Shown here piece after piece: positions 1-9,843 of a stretch of 64,000 nt of DNA; positions within the stretch are counted from its first letter, which is position 1, and each line of letters begins with the position of its first letter. The position numbers were made by a program, and so were the translations under genes. Source of the stretch: Anthoceros angustus (Eukaryota; Plantae; Anthocerotophyta); assembly GCA_010909165.1 (NCBI GenBank), contig MU008162.1, forward strand, positions 1,302,001-1,366,000, written 5' to 3'. A model generated the notes under the pieces. It saw only the letters and a program-made list of their open reading frames with translations. It made no database searches and had not been told where the DNA came from.

Positions 1-315
1 GAATAATTCATGCCATCATCCTACGAGAAGCGTCCAGTTCGGAGGACGTCCACAATAGTGCGGGCCCCGGGAAGGTACTCCAGCACCAAGACAACTCCGC
101 CTTCCGAATCAAACGAAGCAAGCAGCTGCACAATGTGGGGGTGCTGAAGGGGCTGAAGCCTGTGATGGATCTCCATGGCCAGTTCCTTCTTGCATCAAAT
201 AGGATTCAGAATTTCCTTCAAGGCCACAAGACGGCCGTTGGATCCTCGACGAGCTTTGTACACGTTGTCACGGCGTCCCCCTATTCGCTCTAGCACCTCG
301 TACTGATCAATTACT
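1..315 (-). pseudogene. Ser/Thr protein kinase N-lobe pseudogene (CDK-like), running off the window edge
   Basis: Manual minus-strand translation gives VIDQYEVLERIGDA, a frameshift, then DNVYKARRGSNGRLVALKEI...HPHIVQLLASF...VLVLEYLP (subdomains I-V). In-frame stops at 195-197 and 21-23. Confidence 0.75.
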
Positions 316-819
316 GGAGAAGCGCGCACCAGCGAACCAGCTTGACCTCCCGCCATTCCTCCTCACTGCTGTATGAATCCGGACCAGCAGCTGGTAGCCT
401 TCCCGTTCTCCTTGATAACGCTCGCAAAAAACGGCAGCACGAGTATATGTATCGTGGACGCTCACAATGCTGTCCCCAAGGCCTCGTCTCCGATTCCCTC
501 ACTCATGCATGCCCAGGCTGGGATCAAGACCATTCCCCTCCTTCTAACCAATATCATCTCCAGCGGGCAAATGCAAATCCAGGAGCCACGGAAACTGTGC
601 CCCCATTCCCGATCAGATCGACTGAATAATGGCTATGGCCTGCTGCAGGAGAGTGACATTGCCGCTGGTTCGTCTTCAAACGAGGAATGCTGCATGATCT
701 GGAACTTCTCCCTTGGAATCACGAAGATCGCCGATGTTTGGGAAACTGTTTTAAATCAACAACAATAAACGAGGAAAACCATGGCATGCCCGTCCTTTGA
801 GAAAGCCCGTTTCTTTTGT

Positions 820-1425
820 TTGCTTCTTCATGTGCCGATGGATGTAATGGAGTCCCAGGCTGTGTACAATGCAGGAGCTGGCGCTGTCCCAGACCCAGAG
901 GTGTCACCAGCTCCATAAGGAGGCATACGAGTGGTTTCAAATCAGCTTCGACAAATTCGGGCGGACTTCCACAGCGCAGCAGACCGAAACATGCCCGGCT
1001 GTGTTCCACAAACTGCTCACCAGGGGCCAGCTGGTGGAGAGCAAGATGGAGCAGCTCTACTGCCTGGCCTGTCAGCGATTCCTTGCGGATAGGTTTGTGG
1101 AATGCACGTGTCCCATTTCTGGCTGTGGCTACGAGGAAGCCAATGTGATCGATGCAGCAAGCGTTTGAAGGCCACTGTCCTTGTTGAGCCGAGGTGTAAG
1201 GGCTGCGGGAACTTTCCGGAAATTCGTGAATCGGAGCGTGTTTGTCTGGATCTCACCAAGCTCCAGGACCAGGTGGAGGAGTATATTGGCAAGGCGTCTG
1301 CTGCCGGGGTTTGGAGTCAGAACGCTGTGCAGACGACAAGAGCGTGGATTAGAGATGGCCTTGAACCCTGCCGCATCACTAGGGATTTAGAATGGGGAGT
1401 GCCAGTGCCGGTGGAGGGCTTCTCT
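820..1425 (+). pseudogene. Cytosolic methionyl-tRNA synthetase fragment (intronless, frameshifted)
   Basis: HKEAYEWFQISFDKFGRTST...QLYCLACQRFLADRFVECTCP, then a shifted frame CDRCSKRL...WSQNAVQTTRAWIRDGLEPCRITRDLEWGVPVP. A deletion near 1140 removes the RGD of the ARGDQC knuckle. No HIGH or KMSKS segments are recognisable. Confidence 0.85.
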
Positions 1426-1906
1426 CGCTCACGGGTACTGGGATGGGGACCATGAGTAGGTACCTTTCCTTATTCCTCACGAAGAGTATTGTCCTGCAAG
1501 GCATTCCCTTTCAAGGCAAAGGGAGACGCTGGGATGGTCGGGGGATGCTACGGGGAACTATGCTGGTCTGCCCGCACCTTTGATCCTGCCCGCACCACAT
1601 CTGCTGGTGCGTGGAAGGTTGAATCCATATCCATCCGAAACGCTGCGATACGAAAAAAGATTCCTGGCAGTGAGCTGCACCACTGGCCACAGCCAAGGGA
1701 CTGCTGGCTTCCGCAGGGCCAGCAAGGTGTAATCATGACATGTTCGAGACAGGGGGAGAACGCGCGCTGGCGTTGGGACGTGCCGGGTGCAGATATGCTC
1801 ATAAGAGCGAGCCACAATTCTTCAGCACACGACTTAGAATTTCAACGATTTTCAAGTTTCCGCTCAATTCAGGCTGTCACGCATCTAATCAGCAGCATAG
1901 AGGGCC

Positions 1907-4900
1907 TCATTCGTGCAGAAACGCACGCCCTAAGTTGGACGCAAGGGCGAGCTTCACTCTGTCCAGAGAGACTTGATCGCCGTGAGAAACATCCAGGTCT
2001 CCACGCATCTTTGCTAAGGCAAGCGCTTGAATGCAGTTTAGCAGGGTGAAGGTCTCTGCTGCACTTACAAGAACATGATCTGGCCACTCGAGAAGCTCCA
2101 CCTGATCATGAACATGCAAGTGAAGTCAGCAATGAGAAGAGAATGGACCAGCGAGAGCGGATGGCACGAAGACTCACGGAGTCTTGGAGGAGCGACGTCC
2201 AAAACCTCTGAGGAGTTACTCCAGGCTTGAGAAGCTGCAAAAGATGCCACATGGCACTTGATTACGAGGGGACACATCACCTGAATCGGTGCAACAGGCA
2301 TTAAAAATTGGAGAGCAGTTTACCTGCAACAAGCACTCTGCTGCTTGCCGCGCAACTGTCGCGAGTTTCTGATGTTCGACGTCTTTTGGTCGAGACTCTC
2401 TAATATATTGCAAAGATTTCTTAAGATCCCTATACCTGCACTTCGAAGGGCACGTAAGCGGTGTCTGCAAGCTCAACTTGACCGGCACTGAACAATCGGC
2501 ATGATTAAGTAGTAACACACCTGTGGAGAAACTGGAAGCCTCCTACGGAGTGGACCTCTGAACCCAGCAAATCCACCAAGCCCTCCAATTGCTGCCCCAA
2601 GGGCCCGGCACACAAAAATCGTTCACCGAAAGGCATTGCATGACATTCACCGCATACTACTGAAGTACCATGGCTTTTGTGCTCACCTCAAGCGCATTGC
2701 TACCCGTAGCTTGAATTTGCGCAAATGACTGCAAAAGTTGATCGGCGATGGCCGACAGGCGGAGATCATCGTGAGCTCTTTGCAACCATGTGATTCCAGC
2801 TCCTTTCTTCCCGTGCTTCCAGTTGTGGACTCCGACCACCTGCAGAAAAATGAAATTCCTCGTCTCATGTCCCTGAAGTAAATATAAGAGAAATTCGTCC
2901 GATGGGTTTGAACGGAGGGGTTGGTGGTGAAGAGGCAGATCTCACCCTACAGATGACAGTTCCCACTTCGTCGAGCTCGTAGAGGCGACATATATCCAGA
3001 GCCTGAGACACGTAACGAGTCTCAGAGAAATTAGAGGTGATGAAAGTTTGCTCCACAGTGCTTACAGAGCAAAACACCCATTACCTTCAACGCAAGCCGA
3101 TGATGTTTGTACACTGGCTGCTTCAGAAGTAGAACTCTCAGCGTTCCCAGGCCTTGTCTTGGACAAGATGCCAGGTAGACAGGAGCAAGCTGAGATCCTA
3201 TCGGCAGAGTCAGGACACCACTCTGGGCTCAACACAAGCTATACAGATTCCTCCATGAAACTAAACAACTTGCCTGCCAAGTGAGAGGATGCGACGACAA
3301 AACTTGGGCATAGTGGAGTCGATAGTTTTCTTCGAGACTTATTCCTCCTAGACCCTCTCTTTCCTGCCGCAAAACCTCCTGAGCATGCGTGCTATGTGCT
3401 GTAAGGAGTTCGACAATATGTGCGCTCATCCTGAATCAGGCAACTGAGTGTTCAGCGCTTCCAGGAGGAATGGCGAAACACCAAATGCAATTCAGTTCAA
3501 ACTAAAGAATTGAGATAACCAACTCAAAAAGTGTCAAAACTCTTAGCTCACCAGGGATCAAAGAGATGTGCACACTCTGCAAGAACCACCTGATGCAGAA
3601 ATACAAGTTGAGAATTCAAGACTAAAAGGCATCTTGAAGATGAGAACATCAAAAAAGAGGCGAACCTCTGTGTCATCACCAATGATTGCAAGAATCAGCT
3701 CCCGAAGTGGGTCATCTTCAGGTGGAGGCTTAAACTGTATACATCTTGACGCAACATTAAGCAATCCTTCTAATGCCTGGCAACATTGATGCCATACATA
3801 AGTTAGTTGAGAGGACGTCATCCTCGGCTTCTAGCACTTGGGGGTTTTCAGCCAGCATACCATAGATGATGCCCTGACGTGTAAACCGTGCGCCACAAGC
3901 AGCTCCATCCAGTAAGACGTGGATGCTGCAAGGACTTCCACATTTCCTAGAAGTATTTGCAGCAGTGTCTTCAGGCCCTTGATAGTGGCACGGTTGTCAC
4001 ACTCACCCCAGAGAGCAATGGAATCTAGCATGGCAATATGACCTCGCCACTTTTCCCATGCCTGCATGGGACTCACACGTCAGGAAGCGCCAAAGGAAAT
4101 GGCACTGAAATGTAAAACTTGTTCCAGGTGATGAGACATTGCCTTAGAGAACTCCGGTTTAAAAATAAAGGCTACACCAGGAACACCATCTGATACACTG
4201 GGACGAAGCCGAGGCATTTGAGCGACAAGCAGAGCGACCGTTTCCACCAGACCATTTTCTTCCTGCACAAGAGAACACAATGTGGCACAAGAGGTCATTC
4301 ATCGGATATCCCCACCAATTGCAACTCTAGCCCAATGGAATTACTGAAAAGGTTTAGCAAGATCCATATCATGCCTGCAATTCATCAGGGCTTGGCCACA
4401 GTACCTTTCGATCATCAATCTGGTCATGCTGATAGGACCCATGCACGTGCAAAAGTTCCACCTGCAGCAAAAGACGACAGCTCTCTTTTACGGTGTCCAA
4501 AGGATCACTGTATATTGAAGCAATGTCGGGAAAATCAGAATTCGCTACACAAAGGCTTCACTTGCCTAGAGATACAGACCACAATATCAAGCCAGCCCAC
4601 AGCTAGCGCAGAAGCTATTCCATTCCAGTACTCTTCGTCTTCCTCTGGAAACTGCAAACAACGACACTACAAATCAGTTGCACTCTTGACCCTTGGACAA
4701 CCTCCTTTCCTGATGATACACCAAGCCCTTAATCCATGTGAACGTGGCCGGTATACTACAATTAGAGGACACATACCTGTAATCTAGGGAGCCTTTGCTG
4801 GAGAATAACAAGCTTCCTGTGAAGCGATGCTTCAAAATTCGAACAGACATGGTCATAGCTCTGCCACGACAAAGCACAACGCTCATCAACTCGTAGAATA

Positions 4901-5823
4901 ATCAGCTTCCAGACTATTTCGCCCAGGATACTCAATCATCCACTACCACTATCGCAGAACTCACCCTCAGCCAATCTGCAAGCCGCTCAGAGTGCCATGT
5001 GGCAGCACCCTTATCCACAAAGAATATCTCAGCCAAGTCCCACACTGCCTTCACCACAGCTGTCTCCGCAGAGTCCTGTTCCACGTTAAGAGCGGACTCC
5101 CGTCAAGGGCTTAGGTCTTCAACACTAGTGCGTCAAATGCCCCATCAAGCACTTGCTGTAAGCCCAACCGAGAGACAACGGACTATGCAAAATCCGCAAG
5201 GGGCTCAAACAAGCCATCATCTCAACCTTGCCTTAGCTGGTTTAGATGGCTGATTCAATGATGGGACCTCGTCCGGACCAAGTACTTTACTTACACTACG
5301 GCTGTACTCCAGAACATGTTCCCACCTGTAAATAAAAACATCAGCAACCAAACGCCCATTAAACAGAGCAACAATACCAGACACGCACGATCCATCAAAG
5401 ACTGCAATGCGACACGACAATTGAGCCTCTTCCAGGTCCTCACCAGTCCAGAGGCATTCCCCGATAAGGACCTTCCCCCTCAGACTGCAACTGCCGATGA
5501 CTCTGCAGCAGAGAAAATGCAGGCAGCGAGCCATGCGCAATCCTTCTCTTCTCAGCCCCGCTCTCTGGACCAAGCCCTGCCCGGCTCAAATTCAGCTCCA
5601 CTACCGCGCCCCCCTGATCCATGCCTCCAGCATCCCCCCTCTCCGGCAAGTACGCCACCCGCAGCTGATTCCCATTGCCCCAGCAGATGCTCGGCCGCAC
5701 CCTGCCCTCCACCCCGTGCTTCACCCTGTACACCGCCACCTCCTCCTCCCCCCTGGACCGCGGCGCATACAGCACCAGCTGCCCCCCGCCATTGCTCCTC
5801 TCCCTCCCCGCAATGCTTGGCAT
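1907..5823 (-). CDS. NUP85: Nuclear pore complex protein NUP85 (multi-exon)
   Basis: N-terminus MPSIAG...QLVLY...ISWGNGNQLRV-like; internal LEGLVDLLGSEVHSVGGFQFLH and PQRFWTSLLQDS; C-terminus DRVKLALASNLGRAFLHE*. Short GT-AG introns and one GC-AG intron. Confidence 0.9.
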
Positions 5824-6150
5824 CGCAGGACTCCAAAATCCTCGACCTTCACGATCCGCGAGAAAGACCAAACAGCAGCAAGCCTGGACGCAACGACGCG
5901 AGCCAAGCCGGGAAGAAACGCGACTCAAAACGCAACCTAGGGCTGGACCGTGAAAGCCGACCGGAGCGTGAAGCAATGCCGGGCATCGCAGGGCCTGACC
6001 GCGGAGCTCGGGAGCTCCAAAATTTCGAACTTCACGCTCCGCGGGAAAGGAAAGATCGAGAGCAGGCGAAGCCGCGACGTGAGCCGAGTCCAGGACAGAA
6101 AAACGCATATTCTAGGGCTCCATCGTGAACCCCGACTGGAGCGTGAAACT
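5810..6150. repeat. Degenerate ~165-bp tandem duplication in the NUP85/nicalin bidirectional promoter
   Basis: 5810-5972 and 5973-6150 share the blocks gcaatgc..ggcatcgcagg, ctccaaaat..cttcacg.tccgcg, cgacg.gagcc and ctagggct..cgtgaa..cgac.ggagcgtgaa. Confidence 0.8.
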
Positions 6151-6204
6151 AAAACCAAAACGAAGCGGGGAGCTGGAGCGAGCTCCCGGCTATGGCGGAG
6201 GCTG

Positions 6205-6300
6205 TGTTGGGCGGAGGTTTTGTTGGGCGGTAGATTTGTTGGGTGGCGGCGGAGGTTTTGTTGGCGCGGTAGATTTGTTGGGTGGCGGCGGAGGTTTGTG
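6205..6300 (+). repeat. ~39-bp GT-rich tandem repeat in the nicalin 5' leader
   Basis: ggcggaggttttgttgggcggtagatttgttgggtggc occurs about 2.5 times. Confidence 0.8.
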
Positions 6301-6313
6301 GGTGTCAGCGGCG

Positions 6314-7930
6314 ATGGCGGTGGGGAAGCTGGCGATGCTGCTGGCGATGGCAGCCTTCACGCTCGGGTGCCTGCTGAGGATGTGCGAGGGGGCGGTGGTG
6401 ACGGAGGTGTTCCGGCTGGTGCAGTACGATCTGAACGGGGAAGCTTTGGGATCGCGCAAGACGTACGTGAACCACTTTGCGAGCGCGGGAACAAACCAAT
6501 CCGGGCAGGACGCCTCCCGGGTGGTGCTGATTCTCCCGGCGAGGGAGCTGGATTTGCCGGGCTTGCAAGAGCATGTGCAGCGGCAGCGGGATCTGGGAGG
6601 GCTGCTGCTGCTGCTGCCGGAGGAAGGGAGGGAATCGGACCTGGAATGGGAGCTGCGCCTGCAGCGGTGGCTGGTTTCTTCCCAGTTCCGCTTCCCGGTC
6701 TACTTTCTCAGATCCAACGAGGAGGTGGATGAGGTTGTGAGGAAGGTTCGGGCGGCAGAGGAGGCTGGCCGCCCGGCGTCCGCCACGCTCGGGGGGTACA
6801 AGCTCTCGGTGCCGGTTGTGGAGGCCAGAAAGCTTCCTCCTGCCAGCCTCGGGATCATCCAGGGATGGCTGCCCGGCCTTCGGGAGGAAGGAGACGAGTC
6901 TGTGCCGAGAACCATCGCGATTGTTGCGCACTACGACACCTTCGGGGCAGTTCCGGGCCTGGCGGCTGGGGCGGACGGGAATGGGAGCGGGGTGGCAGTT
7001 TTGATGGAGCTGGCGCGGCTCTTCAGCAGGTTGTATGAGAGTGGGAAGACTAGAGGGAGGTACAACCTGCTGTTTGTGCTCACATCCGGGGGGCCGTACA
7101 ATTTTGCGGGCACGGCCAAGTGGCTGGGATCGCTGGACCAGCGGGTGAAGGAGAGCATCGAGTTCGCCTTGTGTTTGGACGGGCTGGGGAGGCCTGGGGA
7201 TCGGCTGTTTTGGCATGTGTCGAAGCCGCTGAGCAATGCGGAGATGCAGGAGGTGTATGGGAATGTGGGGAGTGCGGCTGCAGCTGTGGGGGTCGAGGTG
7301 GAGGTGAGCCACAGGAAGATTAACATTTCCAGTTCCCGAGTGGCCTGGGAGCATGAGCAGTTTTCCAGGTACAGGATCATGGCGGCTACCCTTTCCTCGT
7401 ACAAGGGGGGCTCGGAGCTACTGGAGCCGAGGGGAGGGATGTTCGATGGGAGGGGGGTTGTGGGCGATAGGGATGTCTTGCGTGCTGTGAAGGTTGCAGC
7501 GGAGGGGCTCGCCAAGCTTGTTTACGGGTTGAAGGATGTGGAGGTTTTTGCAGAGGGGAGTAGTTTGGCGGTTAGTCCTCTCTACGTGCGGGCTTGGTTG
7601 GATTTCCTGGCTCGTACTCCCCGTGTTGCTCCCTTCCTGCTGAAGAACAGCTCTGTTGTGAGTGCCTTGTTTGACGAGCTCTCGGAGAGGACAAGCGATG
7701 TCACGGTGAGGTATGAACCGTTGGACGAAGCCTTCGTGTTCTACGACCCTGTGAAGGCAACGCTGAGCATTCAGGAGGTTGCGGGAGTGACTTTCGACAT
7801 TGTTACCATGCTTGGAGTTGTCACCTACCTCGGCCTGCTGTTCATCGTGTTGTTGGGGACCACGAAGGGGTTGGATGACATTTTTGATGTGCTCCGGAAG
7901 CCGGCTTCCAAGAAGGTCAAGTCCATGTGA
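6314..7930 (+). CDS. NCLN: Nicalin (M28 peptidase-like ER membrane protein), single exon
   Basis: Signal peptide, then VFRLVQYDL, RTIAIVAHYDTFG, GADGNGSGVAVLMELARLFSRLY, AWEHEQF and a C-terminal TM helix. The likely start is MAVGKL at 6314. Confidence 0.92.
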   Translation: MAVGKLAMLLAMAAFTLGCLLRMCEGAVVTEVFRLVQYDLNGEALGSRKTYVNHFASAGTNQSGQDASRVVLILPARELDLPGLQEHVQRQRDLGGLLLLLPEEGRESDLEWELRLQRWLVSSQFRFPVYFLRSNEEVDEVVRKVRAAEEAGRPASATLGGYKLSVPVVEARKLPPASLGIIQGWLPGLREEGDESVPRTIAIVAHYDTFGAVPGLAAGADGNGSGVAVLMELARLFSRLYESGKTRGRYNLLFVLTSGGPYNFAGTAKWLGSLDQRVKESIEFALCLDGLGRPGDRLFWHVSKPLSNAEMQEVYGNVGSAAAAVGVEVEVSHRKINISSSRVAWEHEQFSRYRIMAATLSSYKGGSELLEPRGGMFDGRGVVGDRDVLRAVKVAAEGLAKLVYGLKDVEVFAEGSSLAVSPLYVRAWLDFLARTPRVAPFLLKNSSVVSALFDELSERTSDVTVRYEPLDEAFVFYDPVKATLSIQEVAGVTFDIVTMLGVVTYLGLLFIVLLGTTKGLDDIFDVLRKPASKKVKSM

Positions 7931-8079
7931 GGATATACCTTGGGAGAGATGGCTGCTGGGGAGCAGCTGCAGTCGAGGTGAGTTTTGGAGCGGTGCCGTC
8001 TTTCTTGCCCCCAAACAGCAAAGCAAAGCAGAGCAGAGCAGCCCGGAGGATCCATTGGAACGGACCTGGTGGAGATGGT

Positions 8080-8900
8080 TGTATCCTCGGGCAGTTTTCG
8101 GATGTATGGAGCAAGCCAGTTCCAAAGCCAGAGGCGATTTTTCTGAAAGTTTTGACCTTGCCGGCTTCTTTGGGTCCAAAGTTACTGTAGCTCATTGATG
8201 GGTGCATCATCTTGGACGGCATGCACCCTGAGAGTGAAGTGTCCACTTGCCATGGGCTGAGACTGAATTTGAGGCCGCGCCTCTTCAGTGTTGCTCTTCC
8301 CCAAAGTGTCTATCAGCAATAAGACGTACTGGTTGCTCCAAGGCTACAGTACGTGGCGGGGAACCAAAAGCAAACGACCTCGGGATCCGGGAATCTCACC
8401 TTTCACAACAGTGGAGAGTCCGGTCTCTGATTTGTTTTACTAAGTGGAAAATAAACCTTCGAATTTATACAGTTTTGCTCTTCTTCAAATCTATGCTTAT
8501 CGACAACCTCAGGAACCCGGTAGTCAGGCAAATCCATCTGAAAGCCAAAGGGAAGCAAAAGACGTCCTAGAAGAGGGGATGACGGAGAGAGATGTCACAA
8601 GTCTGAGGTGGCTGAGTAGCTGTGGACAGCGACTGAGACCGGGACCGGGACTCTGACTGGAAGGAGGTCTCTCTCACAGACAAGTCATCACAGAGACGCC
8701 ATACGCAGTCCAGCAAATCGGCTGTGGACTCCCAAATGACTATAAAGGCAGGATCCGAACCATATCACTGCATGCAGCAAAACACCACGAAGGGGTTGGA
8801 TCTTTTCAACTCGTAGGCAACACATGTACAATTGCATCTTCAGGAGCTTGCCAAGATGGAAGCCTGCTCTGGACGCTCCCGTGGTAAGGGTGGCATAGCC
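8080..8900 (+). pseudogene. Heavily degraded PLS-class PPR relic
   Basis: Scattered motif remnants: KPEAIFLKVL..ASLG, LIDGCII.DG, SMLID, GMTERDVTS, TACS..KGLDLFNS. Many stops and frameshifts. Confidence 0.4.
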
Positions 8901-9843
8901 ATACTGAAGTTGTTGCTCCTCATCACTCTCTGGTATGTGGTGATCTGCTTGTGCTGGATGGCGGTTCCAAATTGTTCTTTCCCCTGAGATAATGCCGATC
9001 CCGTCATTGTCTTCGCACTGTACAAGGCAGGATCTGCTAGCGAGCAGCTCCTCCTACCGGCCAGTCCCGCTTGGTACTGTGGTCGTCCTGATCAACTGGA
9101 GGTGAAGATGCCGTGCACTAACCTAACCTGTTCAACAGTTTTCGATATATTCCGGCCCTTTGAGGCGTGACTTTGCTAACTAGAAAACTCTGGAGAGGGG
9201 TGAGTCGCAAGGTAGCAAAGATGTAAATCTGCTGTCGCAGAGGACGAGTCAAGAAGTCATCCCGAACAAGACAGGACATGTGCAAGAGCCTCCGACACAG
9301 ATAAGAAACAGCACTAATGTTCACCTGTAGACAGGTTCCTGCAAACAACACTCAGTAGATACATCGAAAGGTGGCACAAACCACACTAAAAAGAATCGTC
9401 AATTGGTTAAATACTCAACGTCAGATGCTGAAAGAATGTCTAGTCGCCGGTATTCACAACTCTGAAATCATCCAATCTACAATGGTATATACATAATTTA
9501 CAGCTTCGCCAGGGCTGAGTCCACAACATCTTCAGTCAGCCGACCAAAATTTAAAAGAATCGGAGCCTAGTGAAACAAATAGTGCTTGCAGGAGAGCGGA
9601 GCGAAAACTTGGTTGTTAGACAGAGAAAGTGACTTCACACAATTTCTTTCCTTCACAGACAGCACCACCTTAGAAGACCACAATGTGAAACACCCCCGCG
9701 GAGGTGAAAGAACTTTGCCCTCGGCTGGGATAACCTGTAAAATGCACCATTACAAGTGGACCAATGATCCTGACTACTCACAGATGAGGCCAATCCAGGC
9801 AGCTCTTTCTCCAAGGGAAGTCCCCAGAATACTCACCATCATC

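Noticed and set aside
195-197. In-frame stops in nuclear pseudogenes as possible U-to-C-edited codons
   Set aside because: Reverse editing is known only in organellar transcripts, and these relics also carry frameshifts.
5316-6128. 270-aa Pro-rich plus-strand ORF
   Set aside because: It is the antisense shadow of NUP85 exon 1 plus GC-rich promoter repeats, with no domain signature.
6125-6313. N-terminal extension of the nicalin ORF
   Set aside because: It starts at GTG, runs through a 39-bp tandem repeat, and would bury the signal peptide. ATG 6314 is preferred.
6305-7354. 349-aa minus-strand ORF (also 5950-6732 + and 7418-8179 -)
   Set aside because: These are shadow ORFs of the high-GC3 nicalin CDS.
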